From Pavona decussata (taxonomy: Eukaryota): a DNA stretch of 64,000 nt. The notes under the pieces were generated by a model that searched no databases, was not told the DNA's origin, and saw nothing but the letters and a program-made list of their open reading frames with translations. Location: positions 682,001 through 746,000 of the forward strand of contig CDRNST010000144.1 in assembly GCA_977016875.1 (NCBI GenBank), written 5' to 3'. The first letter of the stretch is position 1. The number at the start of each line of letters is the position of its first letter. Of the stretch, positions 12,982 through 24,635 are shown one piece after another. Position numbers and translations under genes: made by a program.

Positions 12982-13440
12982 ATCATCTCCATCGTCTAGA
13001 TAAAAATCTGAACCATTGCCATAAGCGCAATATTGATTGGGACCTTCTACCTTAATCTATATGGCAGGTGAGTTGGAAATATATTTGCACATAATTTTTT
13101 TTTCACAAATAGTAATACTTTGCTTACGAATTCCATGTATCTTTCTTCTAGGCAAGCAAACTCTTTGGAAAAGGAATGAAGCAACGAGGCACTTTGATCC
13201 TCTTTGGAGTAACATCATCTCCATCGTCTAGATAAAAATCTGAACCATTGCCATAAGCGCAATATTGATTGGGACCTTCTACCTTAATCTATATGCAGGT
13301 GAGTTGGAAATATATTTGCACATAATTTTTTTTCACAAATAGTAATACTTTGCTTACGAATTCCATGTATCTTTCTTCTAGGCAAGCAAACTCTTGGGAA
13401 AAGGAATGAAGCAACGAGGCACTTTGATCCTCTTTGGAGT
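12982..13440 (+). repeat. Tandem duplication (period ~232 bp) of an exon-intron-exon piece of a membrane-protein pseudogene
   Basis: atcatctccatcgtctagataaaaatc starts at 12982 and at 13214. Each unit has cag|gtgagt ... ttctag|. The downstream exon reads GTLILFGVLILVAFCMGHP..IMWVACVITT. Confidence 0.85.
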
Positions 13441-14592
13441 CCTTATCCTCGTGGCATTTTGCATGGGACATCCCTGTATGAATGTTCATGTCTTCTGGAT
13501 GAAACCGGTGATTATGTGGGTGGCCTGTGTCATAACTACAGGTATTTACACATTTTATCTATCAAAAAGAACTAATAACCCTTACAAAACGCCTCAAAAA
13601 AATTGTCAAAAAATATTTTAACCTACGATTTTTCAAACTTCTTCCAGTTCACTAACCATACCTGCTAAAACAAGACAACATAAATATACACTGAGGTACC
13701 CAACTAACCAACATCTTTATTTATAACCATCCATTCCATTATTGTTTGAAGGGCGTTGTAAATCTACGTCCCACAAACACCTCGTTGAAATACTAAAGCT
13801 GGTGGCAGACCATGTGATTGTTCGTGATGTCTCCCCAAAGTCTTTGATTCTACCCCATTGCACATGGGATAAATTTGCTGAGATTCTAGCTGATGGAGGA
13901 GGAAGATCGTTGTGCTTGTTTTAAGAGTTAATGTCATTTGTAACTACAATGAACATGTACTCATCAAACAAGATGCAAGTCTCAGATACATGGGAGTATC
14001 AGGATTTTCTACAACCGTTTAAAGACAGTCTAAAACAAGAGAGACAGGTAAAACCACATCCTTAAGTTTATGGTGATTATTCTAATATTGAAAACAATTT
14101 AATGTTGCATTCCAATTTTATAATCCCTCTTCTTCTTTTCAATGCATCTTAAGAATTCTTTTACTAAAATCTACCATCAATTTAATGTTTACAAAATATC
14201 AAATAGATTTTAGGAATAAAGAAAGTAATAATAAGAAAAAAAAGGAAAAAGACAGGAACAAAATGAGAAGAACAAGAAAAATATAAATTATAGCCTGCAG
14301 AGCAGGTGTATTTTTAGTGGGTAAGCGGTAAAGGCTACAATATAGGATACAAATACTCTATGCCGCCATCTTGGATGATAAAGCTGACAGAGGGTTGGGG
14401 CAAGCCCAAAACGGATTCCGAGGAAGAGGACGATGGATTTAAAAAAGAAGAGGAGAAGGGGAAAAGCCCCTCACCCGCCCCTCCTCTACTAGTCCCAATT
14501 CTCTACGAGCTGTGCATTTAAAATAGCGGCCTTCTAACAAGCGTTCGAATAAATGAGTGTTTCTACACCAAAATGCCTGCTCCGCCATATAA

Positions 14593-14593
<1 letters not shown>

Positions 14594-14657
<64 letters not shown>
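14594..14657. repeat. (ATT)n microsatellite
   Basis: Directly visible. Confidence 0.95.
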
Positions 14658-14658
<1 letters not shown>

Positions 14659-15680
14659 AGTAAAAACTGAATTTACCTACTCTTACCCTTTACAAGTACA
14701 TAACCCCTCAACCAATGAAAAATATACATGTAATTATTTACAACCTGAATTAATTGTGCTATTTTCCAATCAACAGTCACCGGCAATGCAAATTTCAATA
14801 TGCAATGCCATTTGGATTTTCTTCCCGTATTCTGTGGTATTTTCCACCCTCAGGGAATCCATTTTAGCTCCAGACAAATGCGAAATCGTTTTTACATCCT
14901 ACATCTTTTTGACTCCATATCTACCATGTAATTCTCCACATTTCTTAAAAATAATCAAATCATACCATCGCAAAAAATTCCTATTAGGCAACTTCATCTT
15001 GCTTTCCACAATTCAGCCATATTATTTCTTAAATATCTTTGTCATGTTCTTAAATTTTAAAACTCAATACAACCTTTTCAATTAAATTGGAGCTATGATC
15101 AAAATGACTTACTGTCATTTCACTTTCCAACACAACTTAATGAGCTGCACTGTTTTTGAAAATATTTCAGTATTTTGCTATAACTCACTTTAATTAAATA
15201 CTTAATAGTACTATTTAGAAAGCTAAATAACACATTTAACTGACAGTTTATCACAAAGCATAATGCCCTATTACCAACAACATTATTATGCGATTTTTAA
15301 ATCTCAATCCAAAATGCATTTTACCAGTTGATTTTTTAGCGGACTTGTATATTCATGGCAAGATGACATACCAAATAGAATGCAAATTTTGACCACTGTG
15401 ATGACGAATATCGTTGTCGATAAGAGTGCAGACAATGCTAAACCACATTCGATTTGTTTTTCACCACAAAATCAACGTCAAAGAAAATGTTCACTATAAC
15501 TGTCAAAATTTGCGCACGCTAATTGATGCGAGCAGCGTTGTCTAGACTCTTATCAACAACGGAAAATTAGCCAATCAGATTGCGAGATTAGAAAAAATTG
15601 TAGTAAAAATACATGTATCCTCTCGTAAATTCATTTTCATGATTTTAACAATAATTTCCTACAGTAACTGCATGCTCTTA

Positions 15681-15708
15681 GGCGGGAGTAACTATGACTC
15701 TCTTAAGG
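15681..15708 (+). rRNA. 28-nt fragment of 28S rRNA (5' half of the R2 target site); not an rRNA gene
   Basis: GGCGGGAGTAACTATGACTCTCTTAAGG is identical to the conserved 28S sequence immediately upstream of the R2 insertion point. No other rDNA on either side. Confidence 0.93.
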
Positions 15709-18700
15709 GGGGTTGCATGTTACGTCCTTAGCCTGAGGGAAGTGCCTTCACGAGTTGAGGCAGTTGTATGTGGGGGGACTTTACCATCTTCTCACCCTGT
15801 CCACAGTAATCATCGGTCTGTCTCTGGCGGGGGCCGTTAGTACGGGCCTCAGCCCCGAAGCTAAAACTTCCCAGGCCAGCGGGGCTAACCTCCCCGCTGG
15901 TCCAATCATCTGGTTCGAGACATATAAGAAGAAGGAACAGGGGCGGCCACCGCTGCCCCCACAGATGATGTACGGCGTGGTGGCACGGCGGCAGACGTGG
16001 GATTGCTTTCCGTCTGTCCCGAATGCAAGAGAGCATTCGGGTCAGCGAGGGATCTGTCCCAGCACCGGCGCTGGGTGCACCCCACTGAGCACCATGCAGA
16101 GAACGTGCCCACTGCCAGGGTAAAGGCACGGTGGGATCACGAGAAGCTCTTAATCCTGGCACGTGCTGAAATTGTTCTCCAGGCATCAATCAACAATTGG
16201 TGCAAATCACCCCTGGCAGGACTCTCGAAGCCATCAAGGGAGTCCGCAAGAGTATGCGTTACCAGGAGCTGCTGGCCTCTTTACAGCCAGAGGCCCAGAG
16301 CAGCGACCTTATTGAAAGCAAATCAGTCGGCCCCGACCTGGGGTCTCCGAATGACTTCTCCGATGATACCACTCCCGACCATAGCCCTAATAGATGGGCT
16401 GTGGAGGTCCAGACGACCATTGAACAACTTGGCGTCCCTGCTGGTGTTGACATCGATGCCATCAACCCTGGACTAGTGAACAACCATACCAGGGACATAC
16501 TGGATGCGGAATATGCCAGGTGGTTGCCTCCACTGGCAGGACCTAAGAGGAGGCCACCAAGACGATGATCTGGGACCCCAAGGGTACGGACTGGACTACC
16601 AGCAAGCACCGTAAGGGGGAGGCGTAGGACTTCCTACGCCCGAACGCAGCGATCTTTCAGACTATCAAGGAAGCGCTCCGCTAACAATGTCCTTTCCGGT
16701 ACCTGGGAGGAGCAACCTTCCCCAGTACCGGTGGCTACACAAGAACCGTACTGGCGTGGCGTATTTCAACAGGCATCCATGCATGACGATTGCAGACCTC
16801 CACCAAAAGGGCCAGTTGAGTGGGACCTGGTCAATCCCATCACCATCGAGGAAGTGACCAACGCCTGACGGGGCCCCAGGGCCGGATCGCCGATCCCTTA
16901 GCGGCTTGAAACGGCTTTGGCGGGAAGAGGTAGCGGCCCACTTCAATGTGTGGCTGCTGGCAGGCTATCCGCCTGCGCCTCTCCGCCGCGGTGAGACAGT
17001 CCTGATCGCCAAAGAGCAGGGCGCCACCTCACCCGAGAAGCAACGCCCGATTACATTATCAGACACCATCTTGCTTCCCGGTTTGAAACAACCTGCCGTG
17101 GAACAGGTGCCAGAAGGCGTTTATGAAAGGGGTGGCGTGGCTGATTCGATCTGGCTACTGCAAACGATCATTCGCCAATATCAGAGGAGGCTCAATCCGC
17201 TCAACATCGCCTTTCTTGACGTTAAGAAGGCCTTTGACTCTGTCAGCCACCAGAGGATGGGAGTGCCACCTCCATTGCTGGGCTATCTGGGCGAACTCTA
17301 CGGAGACGCCTGGACATGCCTACTCATTGGCCCTGACCACAGCTAGCCTATCAAAGTGGCGAGGGGGGTGAGACAGGGCGATCCTCTCTCTGTCCATCTT
17401 TTCAACGCAACTATCGACTGGGCTCTGGATCGTCTTCATCCTGAGCTTGCTGTAATGGTTGGGGAGATGAGAGTGAATGCTGGAGCATTCGCAGACGACA
17501 TTGCGTTGATCGCAAGGACAACCAGCAGCCTCCAGCACCTGCTCAACGACCTTGCTGCTGAGTTTAGGCTCAGTGCCTTGGAAGTTAGTGCGAGGCTGGA
17601 TGGAAAGTCAGCCAGTCTGCGGATTGACATTGATGGCAAGAGGAAGATGTGGATTGTCAACCCACATCCCCACTTGCAGGTCTTCGGGCAACCAATTCCT
17701 GCAATAGGTGTCGCTGAAGTTCGCTGGGAGTTCCTCTCTCTCCAAAGAGAATGAGGGCGGACATCACTGGCAAGCTTAATGAACATATCCCGAGCCCCCC
17801 TTAAGCCCCAGCAGCGGCTGTTCATCCTCAACAACAATCTCATACCAGCCTTATATCACCAGTTGGTACTGACTACGACAACTAAGAAGTACCTAAAGTA
17901 GCTTGACAGATCTGTCAGGACGGCTGTTCGATCCTGGTTGAAGTTGCTGTGTAATACGCCCAAGGCCTTTTTCCATGCTAAGATCTTCGATGGAAGCCTT
18001 GGAATCGTCACCCTTGAGCATCAGGTCCCGTTGATGAAAATCAAGTGCATCGACGGTTTTTGGGCCAGCAATGACCAGTAATTAGGGAGATGCTGTCAAC
18101 GGACGGTGCTGAGTCCCTGCTGGCTAAGCAAAGGGAGCCCAGCCGTTACAGGGGGTGGAGATCGCAAGTGGATCCAGCCTTCGAGCTGCACTGGCGATCG
18201 ACCTCCATTCTTCTGTTGACGGCAGGGGATTGCGCGAGAGCGACCTTGTCCCACAACGACATCAGTGGGTTGCTGAAGGCACAAATCTGTAGTGCGACGC
18301 CAGTTATATAGGCAAGGTGAAGGTGCGAGGCAACGTTCTTCCTACAGCAGTCCGTTCTTCCAGGGCACGCACAGGTGTAAGCATCGTTTGTGCGGCTTCC
18401 CAGTGACCCGGATCACTTGGGCACATACTTCAAGTTTGCCTTAGGACTCATAACTCGAGAGTTTCCAGACACGATAAGATTGTCTCCCTGCTGCAGTCCG
18501 CTGTGGGTAAAGCCGGGTGGTCTTGCATCAGAGAGGCTGCCATTCCAACCGCGGAGGGCCTGCGTAGACCCGACCTAATTTCCATCACGAATCGTGGTCC
18601 ACTATCGTTCTGGATGTGACGATTGTTGCTGACAGCGCGGTCCTTCACGAGGTGCATGCGCGTAAAGTCCAGTATTATGATGTCCCGGATCGCGCGGAAT

Positions 18701-18963
18701 ATCTCTGACAAACCAGTACAATTCTCTAGTGTGTTGCTCAGCTGGAGGGGGCTGATGGCTCGTGCATCAGCTGAGACCTTGTGCTAGCAACAGGGTCGGC
18801 AACTCTCAAGTCTCCTGTCCGCGGTCACCTGCGATAGGAGCCTGTGGATCTGGCATCATTTCCACAGAAGCAATTACACGCTCCGTGGATGACGGGCACT
18901 ATGTGCCCCGACTTTCCGCTGTGCCTTCACGTCGGTATGTAGGGTCAAGCTCCCCATATAAAA
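15709..18963 (+). mobile_element. R2-clade site-specific non-LTR retrotransposon, near full length, pseudogenised, outside rDNA
   Basis: C2H2 finger CPECKRAFGSARDLSQHRRWVH; Myb KARWDHEKLLILARAE; RT motifs FLDVKKAFDSVSH, GVRQGDPLSVHLFN, AFADDIAL; CCHC-like SLGHILQVC..RHD; RLE motif GLRRPDL. GC-rich island ending in a short A run at ~18963. Many stops and frameshifts. Confidence 0.93.
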
Positions 18964-19973
18964 GAGCAAAGAACATTTATTTACCACGACATTGTCAGTT
19001 AATGTAATCTTTATGTCTTGTCTAGCCTGGGCGCAGTGTATTGTGCTGCCCCTCACTCAAACCCACCACTCAAAACAGAAACATAATTCCTCAGGTTGCA
19101 AAGCGAGTAGTTTTTACAGCCTCTACATTAAACAGCCCTTAAAAATTTTGGATCAGCAGGATTGATTACAATTTGAAATCCCCAAAATACTTCACTTGCC
19201 CGCTGGACAGTCATTAAAAACACAATATGTACTACTCAATAGTAACACAGATCCCTGCCAGTTAGCTGACATGACTTCCTTTGTATGCTGCTCCTACATA
19301 CTCTACATTAAACTGTATATAGTATATATTTTAGAATCTCTGTTTTGACATTTCACTTTTCTAGCATGGTAATGTTACCACTACTACTGAGCACACCAGA
19401 TAGGATAACTTGTTCACACCAGTTCCAAAATTTTTCGACTTAATATTTATAACTTAGTGATTTTTGTTTCAATAATTTATTTACTTTAACATGTTACTGT
19501 CAACGTTACACTTATATCCTCAAAATGACACCTTAATGAAATGTTTCAATAGCACATCAAGTAACAGTACTTCCAACTATTACTTTCTGTACAAATAAGT
19601 ATCACCTTTTTAAAAATACTGCATGTCCATAATACCTGAGGTGCTTCTTCAGTAACCAATTCCACATTCAACCAGACAATAACTTGTATACCTGATTTAT
19701 TTGCTGTGCAGGTGTATTTCCTTTGCAAGCAAGCTCAACCGCAAAATCGGAAGAGGTGTGGGAGTTTTCAACAAAGTTAGCAGATCTTGGAATGTCCATA
19801 CAGAACTAGAATATTACAATATGGAAAATGATCAAAGGTAAGATTATGATCCACAGGCTATAATTATTTAACAAATTTACCAAAAAATTCTTTCCAATAG
19901 AGTAATACACAGCAAAAAAAACAAGTATTGATCATTCTACCAAATTAATGAAATCATAAAGTGCAAAATAAAA

Positions 19974-20055
19974 TACAGTTGCACCTATATTAAGCGGCCA
20001 CCCTGGCCTTTGAAAGCTGGCCGCTTAATAGAGGTTGGTCGTTTAATAGAGGTAC
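19974..20055 (+). mobile_element. Tc1/pogo-like MITE end fragment
   Basis: TA-CAGT start, inverted ttaagcggcca/tggccgcttaa, repeated ttaatagaggt. Confidence 0.45.
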
Positions 20056-20222
20056 AATATTAATTGGGTAGAAATGGCAGTCAACATAATTTTATTCCCT
20101 CCATTATAGTATATAGCAAAATGCTTGCTGAAAAGTGAACATATTTGAAGATAAATGCAAAAATCATTGAAACAAAATATTAAGTCCCCTGTATTTGTGC
20201 ATTTTAAGTCTGTGCAAAGTGC

Positions 20223-22230
20223 GTGCTAGGCTCTGATACTAATCTGTCTGTCTGCCCCAGACTTGTCTTACAGTTAGGTACAAATGATCTTCAAACCATT
20301 TCTGCCGTTGAACCTGGCTCTGCTCTTGACAATCTAACTTGTTTGCTATATGAGTCATACAGTGTGCGGATGGTCTGCAATTGCCAGACGACTTTTCGCA
20401 GGGATACTCCTCTTTTGAAAACCAAGTGAAGTTATTAACTTAGTATCTTAAGGACGCTCGAGGCAGTTTTTTTGGACATAGGGTGGAAGTTTTGAAATCA
20501 CAATCTCGCATACAAGATAAACTTCGATCTCCTTTATACTACATCATCATTTCAACATGTGATCAAAGTTTATTTTCTCATCGGTTTCCAAGCAACAGCT
20601 ATTACCATAGCAACGGAAGCGCATAGCCTCTCATTTTCAACATTGTCGATTATCTAAAAATCTAGTTAGACACCTTATGACGAAACTTTAGGGATTTAAA
20701 CTACTCAATCCAGACAACTTGTAGGCGAAATTAGAAAAAAATCTGTAAGAGCGTTTTCAAGTAAATAATGAATCAATTTTTACGGGGTGATTTTGTTTAT
20801 TCCAGCATTTTTCACCAATATCTCTGGCAAAATAAAACTTGACACTTTGTCTTTTCTGTCAAAAGGTCATTGCTAATAGCAAAACATTCTAAATGTACAT
20901 TGAGCTTCATGGGTGTCTCCGATTTTATGATATTTATGTTTAAAAACAGTTAAAATAAAGCACAAATGAATGAAAAAGTTCCTACCTTGCATAAATCGAG
21001 ATATCTTTAAAATACCCCAGCAGATTTTTCTGTTAAATTACAAGCGGTTAGAGTAAGAATTCTTTTCGATATTCACACAATTTTTAGGCTCAAGAACCGA
21101 AACCGGTGTTAAATAAGGAGGCTGAATCTTGGTCAAGTTTCAGTCGTTATTCGCTTTCTCTGAACAAGAGTTTTATTTTGTTTGTCCCGGTCTATTCCAC
21201 TCCTATTCACGTGCTGTGAATATTTATGATTACGTGAAGTCATGCAAAAGGTAAAATTTACATAAATATATGCTCCTGCTTCTCAGGTCTTCCATTGTAA
21301 ATCTTACCTTTTGCACGTCTTCACGTTATGATAAATATTCAAAGCACGTGAATAGTAGTGAAATAGACCGGGACAAACAAAATAAAATTCTTGTTCGCAG
21401 AAAGCGAGTAACGACTGAAACTTGACCAAGATTCAGCCTTCTTATCTAACACCAATTTCGGTTCCTGAGCCTAAAACTTGCGTAGATATCGTAAGAATTC
21501 TTACTTTAACCACTTGTAATTTAACAGATAAATGAGTGGGGGCATTTTAAAGATATCTTGATTTATGAAAAGTAGGAACTCTTTCATTCATCTGCGCTTT
21601 ATTTTCACAGTTTTTAAACATAAATATCATAAAATCGGAGACACCCATGAAGCTCAATGTACATTTAGAATGTTTTGCTATCAGGAAAGACCCTTCGACA
21701 GAAAAGACAAAGTGTCAAGTTTTATTTTGCCAGAGATATTGGTGAAAAATGCTGGAATAAACAAAATTATTTACTTAAAAACGCTCGTACAGATTTTTTT
21801 CTAATTTCGCCTACAAGTTGTATAGATTGAGTAGTTTAAATCCCTAAAGTTTCGTCATAAAGTGTCTGACTAGATTTCGAGATAATCGACAATGTTGAAA
21901 ATGAGAGGCTATGCGCTTCCGTTGCTATGGCAATAGCTGTCGCTTGGAAACCGATGAGAAAATTAACTTTGATCATATGTTGAAATGATGATGAAGTATG
22001 AAGGAGATCGAAGTTTATCTTGTATGCGAGATTGTAATTTCAAAACTTCCACCCTAAGTCCAAAAAAACTGGCTCGAGCCTCCTTAAGGGCGTATTGGAC
22101 CCGCTCCCTTACGTTGTTTATTGCCGACACTGAGGCCTCTGGAACGGAATGGTGTTCACCTCAACTCCTTAGGTCACTACAATTTTTTTGGTAGCTTGTG
22201 AGGGGCAGTTATTAATGCTTGCGGTCTGTA
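20223..22230 (+). pseudogene. SGNH/GDSL-hydrolase-like ORF remnant of a DIRS/Ngaro-type element, split by the foldback element
   Basis: VLQLGTNDL (SGNH block III). Joining across the TTAA gives ..YLKGVLDPLPYVVYCRH*GLW. Confidence 0.6.
20452..22083. mobile_element. 1.63-kb foldback (almost entirely palindromic) non-autonomous DNA transposon with TTAA TSD, Kolobok-like
   Basis: TTAA(20448-51)-ggacgctcgag...ctcgagcctcc-TTAA(22084-87). Arms 20452-21262 and 21296-22083 are reverse complements with scattered mismatches and one ~27-bp indel; spacer ~33 nt. Confidence 0.9.
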
Positions 22231-22729
22231 CAAGCCAAAAGTTTAATTGATCCACTTCTTCAATTTGCGTCTCTTGCCATTTCGGTCTTAAATCTTCGCC
22301 AGGCCAATGTTTTTTGATTCATGCCAAGCTTACTGTTCACAAAGTGTTGTTCGTTGCCTGTGTGGCTTGGTGGACGTGTTCACCAACAGTGCAAAAATCA
22401 ATTGTATTGTCAGCCAGAGAAATATGTTCAAGTTGTATTTATAACATACCATGCAATTAACAGCCTTGGCATTGTTATTTTTATGCGATCAATTTGCCTT
22501 ATCAGTGTACAACTAGTGATCACCCCATTAAGGCTGTGTACAACACATTCATCTTGCCTCGCCGGCTTGGCACTTGACATGATTTTTTTTCATAAAACGC
22601 CCTTTGCAAGATCTATTCTGTTAGGTTTCCAGACAACAATACCAGGTGGCTATAGTTATTTTAGTGATCCCACATCCTGGGTTGTTGTCTGCTTTCTAGT
22701 ATTTTATCATCAATTGTATTCTGTACGAA

Positions 22730-23250
22730 ATGCCTCCCAAAAAAAGTGCCGCCCTTGAGACTTCCATGGCTTCAGCAACTTCCAAACGAGCCAAAAGACC
22801 ACGAGCCTCCACATTGAAGTCTGTTTTCAAGAGGGTTCAAGTCCCTGTTAGCGAAACCTCTTCGACCTGAGGCACTGTTTCGTTGGACGTTTACGCAATT
22901 TCAGCGACTGTGTCTTGTATGGTATGTCAAGCCATCAACACTTCCTTTTCGCCAGAAAATATGGCTATTCTACTCGAAAGCAGTCAAGCTCCACAACGCA
23001 TTTTGCCTGAGTCTCCCAAGGATTCCTCTGGTGCTATTGATGATGCTGTCAGTGCTGAGGTCGTCGATATTATCCAGTACCACTCTCAGGGGAAGCACCC
23101 ATCTCCTTTAGTTTCATCCGATTCACAACAAGAGACGAATTTCACGAGTATTTCTGTCCCTTTTAGTTCTAAGGTTAGCACTAAATTGAAAGCAAAATTT
23201 TTCACCAACCAATATTTATATTTTGGGGCGTTATTATCCTCTTTCCTTCC
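22730..23250 (+). mobile_element. Gag-like ORF remnant of a DIRS/Ngaro-type retroelement
   Basis: MPPKK start; SVPFSSKVSTKLKAKFFTNQYLYFGALL resembles the K(I/L)KAKIW.N.Y(I/V)DF..LL motif; lies downstream of the SGNH remnant. Confidence 0.55.
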
Positions 23251-23429
23251 AGGAAATCAGCTAGAAACTGTGTTTTCAACGAAGGTTGCACTTTAACTGC
23301 ACCTTATGTTTAATGAGAACATGCCTCAATATAAAAACAAGTTACAACTGTTATCACGTCCTACTTTTCAACTTTTATGTAGGTTTAGAGAATAAAAGCA
23401 GCAGTTGTGTGAATATTATAGCTAAAACA

Positions 23430-23975
23430 AAATGGCATTGAAGGATTCAACCGGAAACAAGGCACAGATGAGCCCTTTGCATTTTCAGGTGCCTGCCAAC
23501 ATGTCTTGTTTCGGACCAACCCGCTCGGGGAAAACAACCTGGATATGCAAGTTACTATGAAATTTACTGGAACACTTCCAAACAAAAAAAACGGAGAAAC
23601 TATAAAGTGGATTGTATACTGTTACAACTCCAACTACCAACCAGATTTCAAAATTCTGCTGAAAAAACGAGTTGAATTTATGGAAGGTATGCCGGCAGAT
23701 GTCAAAGCACTTTTTCACAAAAGCAAGTAACCTGGAATTTTGATTCTGAACAATTTGATGAGTCCAATGAACAAGGATAAGCAAGCACTTCACGCAGTCA
23801 CAATGACGACGCATCACAGCAATATTTGTTTAATTTTTAAGCAGCAGTGTTTACACCCGAAAGGGCAGAAACCTGGTCCAACTGCAACAAAACGCAAGTG
23901 TTTAAAATAAAACAACTGTTTAATTGTAAAAAACACAGTCTGTTATTTCTACATCATGTCTGTTAACAACTTATT
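23430..23975 (+). mobile_element. Polinton/Maverick (adintovirus-like) remnant: A32/FtsK-like packaging ATPase and possible adenain-protease fragment
   Basis: A frame missing from the ORF track reads FQVPANMSCFGPTRSGKTTWICKLL (Walker A at 23513). Then IVYCY, VEFMEGMP, GILILNNLM (degenerate Walker B), THHSNICLIFKQQ. TQSVISTSC at ~23933 resembles the adenain QxxxSxxC motif. Confidence 0.75.
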
Positions 23976-24359
23976 TACACTCATCACAATATTCTCTAAC
24001 GGAGTACCTCCTGCTACAATTATTTCTCAAAAAGATCGAATCGTACATAGCGCTATGTCAATTTTGGTTAACGTAATTAACAATGCTTAATTCAAAATTT
24101 GAATTTGCATAGTCCATACACCATTTTTGCTTCTGTCGTGCACAAAGTTATAGTCTGCAGGCCTTCGCACGTTAACCCACATCCCAAGGGTGTTTCCCAA
24201 TGCGTACACATTTTGCTCTATCCTAGTCACTTTTTTCTTTGAAAACGTCTCTGCAACCCTCTTCTGAAGTTGAAGATTCTGCTCTCTTGGAAAATGCATC
24301 AGGCATTGAAATGCACATCTCTTCTTTAAGCACAAGTTCAACAAACGGTTGAAAACCCA

Positions 24360-24635
24360 TTTATTTTTATTTATTTATTCACCACGGCATACAATGATAG
24401 AAAGTTATAGTGGATAATAAACTAGGATCTTACATAAGTTTAGAGTGAATAATAGTAGTAAAAGAAGAAGTAAGAAGTGGCGAGGAGACCTCAAGAAACC
24501 CCTGGGCTTATACTGAGAGGTCTCCTCTAAGATATGTTAGGACTGTAAGACTAGTAAAGATATTGTATTTAGATTTTTTAACATACGGTGGTAAGACTAA
24601 AAAACATAACAGAGTCGGACCTTTCATACAATTAC
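24360..24635 (-). mobile_element. 3' tail of an L2-like LINE
   Basis: (ttta)n tail on the plus strand and the stem-loop gaggagacctc...gaggtctcctc. Confidence 0.55.

Noticed and set aside
14700-15360. Old minus-strand LINE ORF2 remnant
   Set aside because: Only a faint SLRVE..Y motif; too decayed to call with support.
15681-15708. 28S rRNA gene / rDNA locus
   Set aside because: Only 28 nt match; the flanks are not rDNA.
15728-17843. Antisense ORFs within R2 (similar ones overlap the DIRS and Penelope elements)
   Set aside because: Shadow ORFs of GC-rich coding sequence with no recognisable motifs.
20452-22083. piggyBac MITE linked to the piggyBac remnant at 49352
   Set aside because: Termini start GG, not the CC(C/T) typical of piggyBac.
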